A stretch of DNA of 64,000 nucleotides from Eubacterium sp. (GTDB lineage: Bacteria; Bacillota; Clostridia; Lachnospirales; Lachnospiraceae), in assembly GCA_017434385.1 (NCBI GenBank), contig JAFRFJ010000040.1:9252-73251 (forward strand), given 5' to 3'. The translations under genes were made by a program, and so were the position numbers. The notes below the pieces were generated by a model, which worked only from the letters and a program-made list of their open reading frames with translations, was not told the origin of the DNA and did no database searches. Every line of letters starts with the position of its first letter. Positions within the stretch are counted from its first letter, which is position 1. Below are positions 39,129-48,777 of this stretch, piece after piece.

Positions 39129-40544
39129 ATGAGAAAAACAAAAATCATCTGTACCATAGGGCCTGCAAGTGAAGATCCTGCCATTTTTAAGGCAATGTGT
39201 CAGGAAGGTCTGAATGTGGCCAGATTAAACTTTTCCCACGGCTCCTACGAAGAACACCAGAAGAAAATTGACATGATTAAAGAGGTTCGGGAGGAAATGA
39301 ATCTGCCCATTGCCATCATGCTGGATACGAAAGGCCCTGAGTATCGTATCAGAACCTTTAAGGATGGAAAAGTAACACTCCTGGACGGAGCCGATTTCAC
39401 CTTTACAACTCGTGATATAGTGGGCGACGAGACTATCGTATCGGTCAATTACAGCGGCCTGGCAGAGGATCTGGAAGTCGGCGACAAGATCCTTGTAAAT
39501 AACGGGCTGGTCATCTTCGAAGTAATGAGCATCGAGGATACGGAAATCCACTGCAAAGTTATCACGGGCGGAGTACTCTCAAATCAGAAGAGCATGAGCT
39601 TTCCCGGAAGAGTGATGCATCAGGATTACCTGAGCGAACAGGACAAGCAGGATATTCTTTTCGGAATTCAAAATGGCGTGGATTTTGTGGCGGCTTCCTT
39701 TGTTTCCTGTAAACAGGACCTGCTGGACCTGCGCAGATTTCTGCAGAACAATGGCGGAAACGGAATTGATCTTATCGCAAAGATAGAAAATCAGTCCGGT
39801 ATTGATAATATCGACGAAATCTGTTCCGCCTGCGAAGGAGTCATGGTAGCCCGGGGTGATCTTGGTGTGGAAGTACCTTTTACCGAACTTCCTGCCATCC
39901 AGAAATACCTGATCACCAAATGCCGTCTTCTCGGCAAACGCGTAATTACCGCAACAGAAATGCTGGAAAGCATGATATCAAATCCCCGCCCAACCCGGGC
40001 TGAGATCAGCGATGTGGCAAATGCGGTATATGACGGAACCAGCGCCATCATGCTCTCGGGAGAATCCGCTGCAGGAAAATACCCTGTTGAATCCGTGCGT
40101 GTCATGAGCGAAATTGCGGAGGAAACAGAGAGTCATATTGATTACATAGACCATTTTCATACACAGAAATTCAATATTCAGAACCGGGTGGATGCCATCT
40201 CACATGCTGCCTGTACCATGGCCATTGACCTGAATGCCCAGGCTATTGTCGTGACATCGATCAGCGGTCTTACTGTCAGGATGGTATCCCGTTTCCGGAC
40301 ACCGATCACAATCCTGGGCTTTGCAACAAACAAAGTCGCTTGGAGAAAGCTCTCACTTTCCTGGGGCGTTCTCCCTGTCCTGACAGAGTACTTCCCAAGT
40401 ATGGAGGTCCTGAATTTTTACGCCTTGCGGGAGAGTAAAAAAGTCCTCGGCCTTAAAGAAGGAGATACTGTCGTTATGACAGGAGGAAACACCAGCGGTG
40501 AAAGTGGAAATACAAATGTAATCCGAATTGAAACGATCGACTGA
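39129..40544 (+). CDS. pyk: Pyruvate kinase
   Basis: KTKIICTIGPAS, ARLNFSHG, DTKGPE, IAKIEN, MVARGDLGVE, ATEMLESM, PTRAE, MLSGESAAG. Confidence 0.98.
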   Translation: MRKTKIICTIGPASEDPAIFKAMCQEGLNVARLNFSHGSYEEHQKKIDMIKEVREEMNLPIAIMLDTKGPEYRIRTFKDGKVTLLDGADFTFTTRDIVGDETIVSVNYSGLAEDLEVGDKILVNNGLVIFEVMSIEDTEIHCKVITGGVLSNQKSMSFPGRVMHQDYLSEQDKQDILFGIQNGVDFVAASFVSCKQDLLDLRRFLQNNGGNGIDLIAKIENQSGIDNIDEICSACEGVMVARGDLGVEVPFTELPAIQKYLITKCRLLGKRVITATEMLESMISNPRPTRAEISDVANAVYDGTSAIMLSGESAAGKYPVESVRVMSEIAEETESHIDYIDHFHTQKFNIQNRVDAISHAACTMAIDLNAQAIVVTSISGLTVRMVSRFRTPITILGFATNKVAWRKLSLSWGVLPVLTEYFPSMEVLNFYALRESKKVLGLKEGDTVVMTGGNTSGESGNTNVIRIETID

Positions 40545-40558
40545 TATTCATCGTAAAG

Positions 40559-40599
40559 AAAAACCGCCAGCCGAATATCCGGCTGGCGGTATATTTTTT
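40559..40599. terminator. Bidirectional intrinsic terminator after pyk
   Basis: AAAAACCGCCAGCCG-AATATC-CGGCTGGCGGT-ATATTTTTT. Confidence 0.85.
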
Positions 40600-40606
40600 C
40601 TGTCTG

Positions 40607-40834
40607 CTACCCTCTCACAAAGGGGGCATTGTACTCTGCATTGATTTCCCGTATTTCCTTTTTACCGTCGATATAAGGCTGATAGATACTTTCAATACGT
40701 CCGCCGCCACGATTGTCACAGCCGGAACAGAACTCGCAATCAATGCCGCATGCTCCCCACAGGGCCTGATGAACAATGCGAATACGTTCCTCCCTGGTAG
40801 TATCTTTGATTAAAATGGACTTCAGTATAATCAT
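40607..40834 (-). CDS. Small Cys-rich protein, paralogue 3 (TxEER...CX3CX2CX2C...YIDGK)
   Basis: LIKDTTREERIRIV...CGIDCEFCSGC...YQPYIDGKKEIREINAEY; exact start uncertain. Confidence 0.75.
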   Translation of the reverse strand: MIILKSILIKDTTREERIRIVHQALWGACGIDCEFCSGCDNRGGGRIESIYQPYIDGKKEIREINAEYNAPFVRG

Positions 40835-40838
40835 CCTC

Positions 40839-41036
40839 CTATCTGTAATCAGCAGATACATCTGTAAAATCCCTTTTGCCGTCTATATAATCAGCAAAAG
40901 CGGTTTCCGGATTCTTTCCACGAAATACTTTACACAGGCCACACATATCACAATCCGATATACAGACAAATCTCTTTCTAATGTATTCTGCACGCTCTTC
41001 CTTTGTGGAAGCAACTATCTTAGGTGGTCTCATCAT
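40839..41036 (-). CDS. Small Cys-rich protein, paralogue 2
   Basis: STKEERAEYI...CISDCDMCGLC...FADYIDGKR; GGAGG RBS. Confidence 0.75.
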   Translation of the reverse strand: MMRPPKIVASTKEERAEYIRKRFVCISDCDMCGLCKVFRGKNPETAFADYIDGKRDFTDVSADYR

Positions 41037-41087
41037 TTTCCCTCCTGTCCCTCAGGCAGATAATACATTTCTTCAAAAGAAACCGGA

Positions 41088-42827
41088 CTATTTACCCTTT
41101 TTCATACCCCTGTACAGGCGGAAAGCGAAGAAGATGCTGACGACATACCCCGCAAGCCCCAATGCAAGGAAAGTTTGTCCGAAAGGATCCTCGAAGCCTG
41201 TCAGTCCGGAAGCTATGCACAGCATACAGGATCCGATAAAAAGGGCAATGATCATAAATGCCCTGATCGCATATCCGGTGAGACGGTTGACTGTATTCAG
41301 AGCCTTCTCTTCAAAGCCAAAGTCGGTGCGTACCTTTATCTGCCCCTTCTCCAGCATGTCAAGAGACTCAGCAGTCTTGGCTGAAGATTCTGTGACGCTT
41401 TTGAACAGCTGCACAAGGCCAAAAGCAATATCCGGATTCATCTCTTCAGGATTATCCAGGTTGATATTGAAGCCTAAGCCGATGTCCACCTTGTCGGTAA
41501 AGTAATTCAAAATGTTCACATCCGGGCTCAGTGTTTTGATGGTACCTTCGATAGCAATAATGCCGCGGACCAGATTGGTGAGGAAAGGATCAACCTTGTA
41601 GTTCTCATCCTGAAGGCTGCCTAAAACAGAACCCAGGAGATCTCCCAGATCAAAGTCTCCAAAATCCGTCCCCGTATACTGGCTGCACATATCCTCGCAC
41701 ATCTCGAGCATGGCTCCGTGGTCGATCTCACCCATCGGCTCGGCCACACGCAGCACTGTACGTTTGAGTCCATATGCATCCTGCATCACTATATTGGTGA
41801 CGATATCAATGAGTATCTGACGCTGCCTGGTCGTAAGGGAACCCATCATACCGAAATCAATCCATTCAATACCGTGATCCGGAAGCGGTATCTTCTCTTC
41901 TTTATCTGCCTCCCCATCATCTGCCGGGGGTTCAGTTACTTCCGGTTCTGCGGCCGGTTCATGGGAAACCGGTGCTTTTATCATCACATTTCCTGAGTGA
42001 GGATCGGCATGATAGAAACCGTCCGTAAGTACCTGCGATGCAAAGTTTTCTGCAATCAGGGAAGCGATACGTTCCCGTTCTTCTTCACTCAGGGTCTCAA
42101 GGAAAGCTCTGTCCCCGACCTCGTTGCCTATGACGAAATCCTCGGTGAGAACAGCCTCACAGGTGAATTCGTGGTAGCATCTGGGGCTTTCCACCATCTC
42201 ACGTCCGTCATTGTTCTTCCAGAAAAGATCGATATTTTTTGCTTCGTTGGTAAGGTCAAGTTCTATCTTGGAGGTTTTCTCCAGTTCCAGGATAAAACCT
42301 TTGATGTCGAAACCTCCCACACCGTCTTTGACAAATTTGTCCAGAATTTTCTCAATAAGCGCAAAGTCCCTGGCTACAGTATCGACAACTCCCGGACGGC
42401 GTACCTTGACAGCCACCACTGTGCCATCGGGCAGCTCTGCCTTGTGGACCTGGGCGATGGATGCAGACCCCATAGGCTTTTCGTCGAAAGAAGCAAAAAT
42501 CTCTCCCGCCGGTTTCCCCAGATATTTTTCAATCTGGGAATAAACGTCTTCAATCTCCATAGGCACAGCTTCCGAGCGCAGCTTCACAAGAGCGTCGCAG
42601 TAGGCAGGCGGGATATACTCGGACTGCTGGGAGGCGATCTGTCCCAGCTTGACAAATGTCGGTCCCAGGTCCTGAAGGATACTTATCGTAATTTCAGGCG
42701 TTATGCCGTCATCGTAATCGTATTTCTTCAGGATAGCAAGGATCTCTTTAAGCCTTCCATTCGTATCGGGTTCAGCTTTTTTCGCTTCCTTTCGTTGTTT
42801 GAGCAGTGCAGAAATAAAACCTGACAT
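41088..42827 (-). CDS. AarF/UbiB (ABC1) family atypical protein kinase
   Basis: LGPTFVKLGQ, PMGSASIAQVHKA, VAVKV, ELDLTNEA, FYHADPHSGN, IDFGMMG, two C-terminal TM helices. Confidence 0.93.
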   Translation of the reverse strand: MSGFISALLKQRKEAKKAEPDTNGRLKEILAILKKYDYDDGITPEITISILQDLGPTFVKLGQIASQQSEYIPPAYCDALVKLRSEAVPMEIEDVYSQIEKYLGKPAGEIFASFDEKPMGSASIAQVHKAELPDGTVVAVKVRRPGVVDTVARDFALIEKILDKFVKDGVGGFDIKGFILELEKTSKIELDLTNEAKNIDLFWKNNDGREMVESPRCYHEFTCEAVLTEDFVIGNEVGDRAFLETLSEEERERIASLIAENFASQVLTDGFYHADPHSGNVMIKAPVSHEPAAEPEVTEPPADDGEADKEEKIPLPDHGIEWIDFGMMGSLTTRQRQILIDIVTNIVMQDAYGLKRTVLRVAEPMGEIDHGAMLEMCEDMCSQYTGTDFGDFDLGDLLGSVLGSLQDENYKVDPFLTNLVRGIIAIEGTIKTLSPDVNILNYFTDKVDIGLGFNINLDNPEEMNPDIAFGLVQLFKSVTESSAKTAESLDMLEKGQIKVRTDFGFEEKALNTVNRLTGYAIRAFMIIALFIGSCMLCIASGLTGFEDPFGQTFLALGLAGYVVSIFFAFRLYRGMKKGK

Positions 42828-42932
42828 ATGTGTTTAACCTCCATATTTTATTATGTTTACAAATGTAATTATTAACTGGAACAATTCTTTTTATAATTCA
42901 TATATTGGCCCCGGCAGATTCCCTTTTCTTCG

Positions 42933-43163
42933 TCAGGCCATACAGCTTCTGCGAGTTTCTTTGTCCATGTCCCCTCTGTTATAATTCGCAGCAAACTCCA
43001 TATTGATCTGGCGGATTTCCTTCTTGCCGTCTATATAGTCCTGATACATTTCTGCCACTCCCGCCATACAGCCGTCACAGTTGGCTGATATATTTCCCAG
43101 AGATTCCTCGACAATCTTCTGCCTCTCTTCTCTGGTCGTATCCTTAATCAGATAACCTGCCAT
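42933..43163 (-). CDS. Small Cys-containing protein, paralogue 1
   Basis: LIKDTTREERQKIV...CDGC...YQDYIDGKKEIRQINMEF; GAGGAGAG RBS. Confidence 0.78.
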   Translation of the reverse strand: MAGYLIKDTTREERQKIVEESLGNISANCDGCMAGVAEMYQDYIDGKKEIRQINMEFAANYNRGDMDKETRRSCMA

Positions 43164-43336
43164 CTATCTCTCCTCTCTGAAATCCTTCCTTACTCATATC
43201 TGTTTCCCTACCGTGACATATTCATCCCTATTTTGATTTAAATATACAATAAGAGGCCACAGACTATATTCATTTGTTGACGCTGTCTGTGGCCTGTTAC
43301 CAATGTCATAATGGTTTTTTAACTGTCTTTTTCATT

Positions 43337-43876
43337 CTAGGGAGTGATCCGGAGGGAACCGTCCTCCACAGTGAACAATGCTTCTGTCTCGGGAATCTCG
43401 TCACAGTTAAAGATAAAACATCCCATCTGGTCAGTAATCCATGCCACATCGACAGAGTAGTCATTACCATCGATTGTCAGCGTTGCCGTTTTTCCAATCT
43501 CTCCGATCGCATCGGCCGGGTCGCCGTCACCGTCAGCTTGATAAGTAAATGCTACCATGGGCATCTCATACTGTTCGGTATCCCGCATATTACCCAGACT
43601 CAAACCACTTCCTTCAGTGAATTGCGATCCGGACTTATGTACCGTTGTTCCTATACGAGTGTTCACGATCACTCCGTCATCCTGGGCTTTGAAATCATCA
43701 GCGGAGACATGAGTGAGAGTGAGTTCCATTCCTGATGGAGCAGTCAGCTGCACGGATACTGCCGGCTCCTGTCCTGCCCCTCCGGATTGCCCCTGGTCTG
43801 CAGAGCCGCATCCGGGCAGGGCTGCAATTATCATGATCAATACCATTAGCAAAGCTGCATATCTTGTTTTAATCAT
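43337..43876 (-). CDS. Hypothetical lipoprotein
   Basis: Signal peptide with lipobox LPGC, acidic mature domain. Confidence 0.7.
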   Translation of the reverse strand: MIKTRYAALLMVLIMIIAALPGCGSADQGQSGGAGQEPAVSVQLTAPSGMELTLTHVSADDFKAQDDGVIVNTRIGTTVHKSGSQFTEGSGLSLGNMRDTEQYEMPMVAFTYQADGDGDPADAIGEIGKTATLTIDGNDYSVDVAWITDQMGCFIFNCDEIPETEALFTVEDGSLRITP

Positions 43877-44001
43877 TTTCTCCTCCTTCCCCTTTTAACC
43901 GGGCGGCAAATGGCTGTAAACAAACCCGGTTATACATTTCCCTTATATATTAAATATAACATATTCTTCCCGGAGGGTATAGTTTTTATCCTCTGATTCA
44001 T

Positions 44002-45069
44002 CTATTGATTATGAGAATTTGTCATAATCTTCTGTGTCCCTGTCGTCCACACATGCTTCTTAGCTGCATCGCTTCTCTTGTTCTGTGCCATGACACCTGC
44101 AAGCGGATGAGGCAGGTATGGCTCTTCAAGATATTTAAGCTCATCATCCGACAAGTCCAGATCCACTGCTTTTGCCGCGCCTTCAATATGATGAAGCTTA
44201 GTTGCGCCAACTACAGGCGATGTAACTTTTGTAAGCAGCCATGCCAGGGACACTTCTGTCATGGTAACACCGTGTTTCTCTGCCAGCTCTGCCACACGGT
44301 CTATGATCAAGGCATCCTGGTCGGCCGTCGCATCATATTTAAACTTGGCGTAGGTATCCTCAACGGCTCTCTTTGTGACGCCTTCGCCCGGCTTTCTTGC
44401 CAGTCTGCCGCTTGCCAGTGCGCTGTACGGAGTGAGGGCAATGTTTTCTTCCTCACAATAGGGCACTATTTCACGCTCTTCTTCACGAAAGATCAGGTTG
44501 TAATGGCCCTGGATTGAAGCGAATTTTGCAAAGTTCTCTTTTTCTGCCAGTGCATTTGCCTTTGCAATCTGCCATGCAAAACAGTTTGATATTCCTATAT
44601 ATCTTGCCTTTCCCGCTTTCACAATGCGATTTAAGCCGTCCATGATATCGTAAATATCCGTATTCCAGTCCCACATGTGATAGATATACAGATCCACATA
44701 ATCCATTCCAAGGTTCTGAAGGCTTGTGTTTATCATGTTTTCTATGTGCTGCTGCCCGTTGATTCCTTTTTCAATCTCTTCCGGTGTCCTGGGAAGAAAT
44801 TTCGTTGCGACAACTACATCCTCACGTTTGGCAAAGTCTCTGAGTGCCCTGCCGACATACTGTTCGCTGGTTCCACTCTGATAAGCGATTGCCGTATCAT
44901 AGAAATTAACTCCCAGGTCCAGCCCTCTCTTTATGATTTCTCTGGAATGCTCCTCATCTAAAGTCCAGCTGTGCTGTCCTTTTGCCGCATCACCAAATCC
45001 CATACATCCCATGCAGATGCGGGATACATTTAAGTCCGTATTTCCAAGTTTTGTATATTTCATAGTCAC
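44002..45069 (-). CDS. Aldo/keto reductase
   Basis: SRICMGCMGFG, FYDTAIAY, VATK, DYVDLYIYH, YIGISN, YNLIFREEE. Confidence 0.94.
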   Translation of the reverse strand: MTMKYTKLGNTDLNVSRICMGCMGFGDAAKGQHSWTLDEEHSREIIKRGLDLGVNFYDTAIAYQSGTSEQYVGRALRDFAKREDVVVATKFLPRTPEEIEKGINGQQHIENMINTSLQNLGMDYVDLYIYHMWDWNTDIYDIMDGLNRIVKAGKARYIGISNCFAWQIAKANALAEKENFAKFASIQGHYNLIFREEEREIVPYCEEENIALTPYSALASGRLARKPGEGVTKRAVEDTYAKFKYDATADQDALIIDRVAELAEKHGVTMTEVSLAWLLTKVTSPVVGATKLHHIEGAAKAVDLDLSDDELKYLEEPYLPHPLAGVMAQNKRSDAAKKHVWTTGTQKIMTNSHNQ

Positions 45070-45086
45070 ACACCTCCGGCTTATCC

Positions 45087-45134
45087 TGACATCGTGTCAA
45101 TACAGATTATATCTCTATGCTGACACACTGTCAA
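45087..45134 (-). promoter_or_regulatory. Consensus sigma-A promoter with two TGACA-N3-TGTCA operators
   Basis: Minus strand TTGACA (45134-45129), 17-nt spacer, TATAAT (45111-45106); palindromes at 45121-45133 and 45087-45099. Confidence 0.8.
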
Positions 45135-45174
45135 TACTCGGTTGAATATTTCCTGTGAAACCGCGTCACTGCAC

Positions 45175-45209
45175 AAATCCCCCATCCGGACGGATGGGGG
45201 ATTCCTTTT
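45175..45209 (-). terminator. Intrinsic terminator after the MATE gene
   Basis: AATCCCCCATCCG-GA-CGGATGGGGGATT inverted repeat. Confidence 0.7.
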
Positions 45210-45214
45210 CAATA

Positions 45215-46618
45215 CTATATTATTGTGCCGGTGAACAGACCTGATTTCATGATGTAATGGTGAAGCAGCATGGCCTGTGTTGCCTGGGCAAAAAGCATCC
45301 CGATAAAGACACCCCAGATCCCGATATGAAAGACGAGAACCAGCAGCGCCACAAGGACAAGATTTACACAGGAGAAGGCGATAATACTGCTGAACATTAT
45401 TTCTTTCATCATGCCGACACCCTGCAGGCAGCCGATATTAATAAACTTCAATGTCTGGAAAAATGTGATCACACTGATGAAAAGGCAGGAAATCGCGCCT
45501 ATTGAAACAAAGGTCTCTTCCTCGCTGAAGAAACTGAAGAAGTATTTCCCGGCCGCTATGATAATGACAGCCAGAACGGCGGCGCAGATCATTCCGAGTT
45601 TTGTGATGGCTTTACGATAGTCGGCCATTTCTTTGTAGCTGTTCTTTCCGTAGGACCGGCCGATCAGAGTAACCGCAGCGGTCTGCAAACCTGTTCCCAA
45701 GGCATAATTGACATTCAGCAGGTAGGTGCCGACGGAATAGATTGCCATCTGAAAGGAGCCGATTCTGGCCGTAATAGCGGAGATCGCAAGAAGGGTCGCC
45801 CGCGTGCTCAGATTTTCGACAGCACAGTTCTTCGTCATGTACCGGATTTCCTTAATACTGTCTTTCGTCATGCGGAACCGTTTTTTAATGCAGTACGAAA
45901 TATTGATAAACAGATCCTTTTTACAGACAAACAGCACGCTAAGGATGCATGCCGCCACATTTCCGAGAACCGTCGCGATGGCGGCACCGGCGATTTTCAG
46001 AGCGGGGAAGCCCCAGTGCCCTTCAATCAGAAGATAGTTGAAGAAGAGATTGACCACACAAGACAATATGTTATCAGTAAAGGTCAGTGTTGTCCTTCCA
46101 AGACCACGTAGGGCAGAGTTGATCTCCATGAACAGGAGGTTGAAAACCATGCCGCCCATAATAATCTGAAAGTACAGTATGGAGTCCTCGAGGGTATCCG
46201 GCTGCCCCGAAAACAGGATCATAATGGGTCTTGCCAGTACCACTGAGAGAATACCCAGCCCAATGCTGAGAATCAGGGTACATTTCATGCCATGGTCAAA
46301 AATCCGATTGGCCGTATCCCGGTCGTTCTTTCCGTGATATTTGGCGATCAGACTTGTAGTCACCGTGTTGATGGCAAAAAAGATGGTGTAAATGAAAAGC
46401 TTGGGCTGGTTAGTCACAGATACTGCTGAGATTGCCGTCACGCCAATCACCGAAACCATCTTCGAATCTATAATCGATGCAAAGGTGGTAAACAGCGCCT
46501 CAAGAAACGAGGGAAGTCCGATTTTCAGGATCTCCCTGTTCATGCTGCTCTCATATTGTTTGTCTTCCGAAGTTTTCGCACTCATATTTTCTCTCTGGAT
46601 TATGTTTTCAGCAGGCAA
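45215..46618 (-). CDS. MATE family efflux transporter (start possibly MSAKT at 46585)
   Basis: IGLP...IIDSKMV, NSALRGLG.T, NLFFNYLLI.G..GFP.L.IAGAAIAT, GCLQGVG, GIWGVFIG. Confidence 0.92.
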   Translation of the reverse strand: MPAENIIQRENMSAKTSEDKQYESSMNREILKIGLPSFLEALFTTFASIIDSKMVSVIGVTAISAVSVTNQPKLFIYTIFFAINTVTTSLIAKYHGKNDRDTANRIFDHGMKCTLILSIGLGILSVVLARPIMILFSGQPDTLEDSILYFQIIMGGMVFNLLFMEINSALRGLGRTTLTFTDNILSCVVNLFFNYLLIEGHWGFPALKIAGAAIATVLGNVAACILSVLFVCKKDLFINISYCIKKRFRMTKDSIKEIRYMTKNCAVENLSTRATLLAISAITARIGSFQMAIYSVGTYLLNVNYALGTGLQTAAVTLIGRSYGKNSYKEMADYRKAITKLGMICAAVLAVIIIAAGKYFFSFFSEEETFVSIGAISCLFISVITFFQTLKFINIGCLQGVGMMKEIMFSSIIAFSCVNLVLVALLVLVFHIGIWGVFIGMLFAQATQAMLLHHYIMKSGLFTGTII

Positions 46619-47009
46619 TCCTGTAATTCTTCAGTACAAGGGTGTCATTCTCCGTGTACATGTACCGGTTGATGACCTTCAGACTTTTCGGAATCCCCGC
46701 CTTCCCCGAATATTCGTTTTTGACGAGCACTTCTTCCTCATAGATCAGATTCGGATCCATAGTTTCTTCTTCCTGTCTGGTGAGGATCACTTCCACCCGG
46801 TCATCTCTCGCCTCCCGAAAAATCATTCTGTATTCTGTGTTCTCATCAAAGAGATGACATTCCTTCGGGGACATTTCCTGATAGACTTCACATTCCGGAA
46901 AAACAAGACGGCCGTTTTCGATGGTATAGGGTTCAAACACCAGGGCGTCCCGGAAATATGCAAGCAGGTATCCTTTCTGCGGTGCCATGTCAAGACGGAT
47001 TCCAATCAT
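46608..47009 (-). CDS. csx19: Csx19-like type III-D CRISPR-associated protein
   Basis: 133 aa; ECHLFD...EYRM and C-terminal KVINRYMYTENDTLVLKNYRI resemble the Csx19 'V.NY..YDE.G......RL' pattern; position after the RAMP gene fits III-D. Confidence 0.6.
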   Translation of the reverse strand: MIGIRLDMAPQKGYLLAYFRDALVFEPYTIENGRLVFPECEVYQEMSPKECHLFDENTEYRMIFREARDDRVEVILTRQEEETMDPNLIYEEEVLVKNEYSGKAGIPKSLKVINRYMYTENDTLVLKNYRIAC

Positions 47010-48777
47010 TGTATTTCTCCTTACTGTTTATGTTTCTGCACAGGCCTTCCCGATACCATCCTTGTAAAATCTCCATATCGATCTCAGGATCGTATCTGTC
47101 ACGAAGTATCGACAGGATTTCCACAGGCACCCGGAATTTCTCTGCTATTCCTCCTGCAACATCAGCGGCATCGATCATGCCGAGCGCCGTGACATGGTGT
47201 CTGAAGAGTGTCGTCAGCCCTTCATGAACCCGGCGGGCACTGAGATGCATACCTCGAAGGAGAGGCTCATAGTTTATATCATAAATCCCGGGAACGACCT
47301 CTTTTGCGATGCGGTAGTAGACCTCTGTCGCAGGCCAGGCCATGATTTCGCCATATCCGTCCCGGGTATTTTCTCCGATAAATGTATGGAGAATAGAAGA
47401 AATATCTGCGGCCTTTCCGTTTTTTGTCCGGATTCGCAGGACAGAACCCGCTTTCAGACAGCGGGTAACAGGACCGTCCCCCGGCCAGCCGAAGCAGTTT
47501 TTATAGTCATTATACACATTTGTATATCTGCCAACGATCTCAAATGCTCCGGGCATGCCTGTCATGTACTCGAGCTCCCGCAGAAAATCCTCAGGGCGGG
47601 TCCCCGGCATGCCTTCATCCGTGTAGAGAAGCGTATGAGACAGACAGCTCACGTCAAAGCAGGTAGAAAGAACTTCCATGGGAAGCCGGCTCTCCCGCAT
47701 ATCGTCAAGGACGATGTATGCCTGTCCGTAACCCTCCTCACGAAGTGCGCCAAGGTGGAGGAATGGGTTTTTCTCAATCCAGGCTGCTGCTGCGCGAAGC
47801 TGTTCATCTGTTCCGTAAATTGTACCCTTAAACACCTGGCCTTCGGAAAGCGCATCGTACGGGACGCCGCTGCTGGAGATCACGCGTTTAACGACCGGCT
47901 TTACATACTGCATACAGTGTTGATCAAAACGGTCTCCGAAGGCGCCGTCAAGATCCACATCCTGTTCTACTTTGTCCGGATCTTTTCCGGAAGCCAGCCG
48001 GTAGCGGAGCTGTTCCTTATCAAGCTTTACGACAGACATACACATCGGTACGGGAAGAAGCCGGGCGCCCTTTCCCGCGATATAGGCGTTGGAAAAACGC
48101 ATCTTGGGAAGACCTGCCTTTAAACAGCTGTCCGTCTGCCAGGCGAGAAGTGCCTCTCGCAGCTCGGAACCGGGAATATACGGATAGGTCTTGTCCCCGT
48201 CGTCATACGGCGCATCTATGGATGTCGGTGCAAGAAGAACCAGGGAATAGTCCAAAGCGCTGTAGTTAAGCAGTTCCGAAGTGGAGAAACTTTTCCGGCG
48301 GCTGTCAGGCAGTTCGCAGGCACGGCAGCTTATTTCTCCCGTGATTCCCTTTTCTCTGACCCCGGCGTGTGTCAGATATTTCAAAAACCTGTCAACAGTC
48401 TCCAGTTCTTTGTCTTTAACGTGAAGCGGCGCATAGAAAATCTGTCCGCTTTTTAAAGAGCGCATATGGATTCCTGTCTCCGGGTCGAAATGTTCATTTG
48501 TAAAAAGATAGCGGATCCGGTTCTTTCCGTTCGGAATACGGGAACAAATCTCTCCGGCCTGCCGGAGAAGATCTATATAGCCATCCGGCCGTGCAAAGCC
48601 AACTTCAATATGCTCCGGCAAAACAAAGGAAGGCACATCCCTCTTCAGAATCTCTATGAGAGGAAGATACGGGATTCCGAGCTCATCCGTCGGAACATCG
48701 CAGCGGTACTCCACTTCCTGATTAGAAAAAGTTTCAAAGGCAACTTCGCCCTTTAACTGTATCTGTATTCCTAACAT
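46990..48777 (-). CDS. csx10: Multi-RAMP protein, Csx10-like (degenerate Cas7 + Cas5, possible C-terminal small-subunit-like helical region)
   Basis: DELGIPYLP (RAMP N-terminus), PYIPGSELREAL, MRFSNAY, LLPVP, YDALSEGQVFKGTI, G-rich loops LGALREEGYG and IGENTRDGYG. Confidence 0.75.
   Translation of the reverse strand: MLGIQIQLKGEVAFETFSNQEVEYRCDVPTDELGIPYLPLIEILKRDVPSFVLPEHIEVGFARPDGYIDLLRQAGEICSRIPNGKNRIRYLFTNEHFDPETGIHMRSLKSGQIFYAPLHVKDKELETVDRFLKYLTHAGVREKGITGEISCRACELPDSRRKSFSTSELLNYSALDYSLVLLAPTSIDAPYDDGDKTYPYIPGSELREALLAWQTDSCLKAGLPKMRFSNAYIAGKGARLLPVPMCMSVVKLDKEQLRYRLASGKDPDKVEQDVDLDGAFGDRFDQHCMQYVKPVVKRVISSSGVPYDALSEGQVFKGTIYGTDEQLRAAAAWIEKNPFLHLGALREEGYGQAYIVLDDMRESRLPMEVLSTCFDVSCLSHTLLYTDEGMPGTRPEDFLRELEYMTGMPGAFEIVGRYTNVYNDYKNCFGWPGDGPVTRCLKAGSVLRIRTKNGKAADISSILHTFIGENTRDGYGEIMAWPATEVYYRIAKEVVPGIYDINYEPLLRGMHLSARRVHEGLTTLFRHHVTALGMIDAADVAGGIAEKFRVPVEILSILRDRYDPEIDMEILQGWYREGLCRNINSKEKYNDWNPS

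Noticed and set aside
43254-43295. Hairpin AGGCCACAGAC-N20-GTCTGTGGCCT as a small RNA or riboswitch
   Set aside because: Most simply the terminator of the lipoprotein gene; no recognisable aptamer core.
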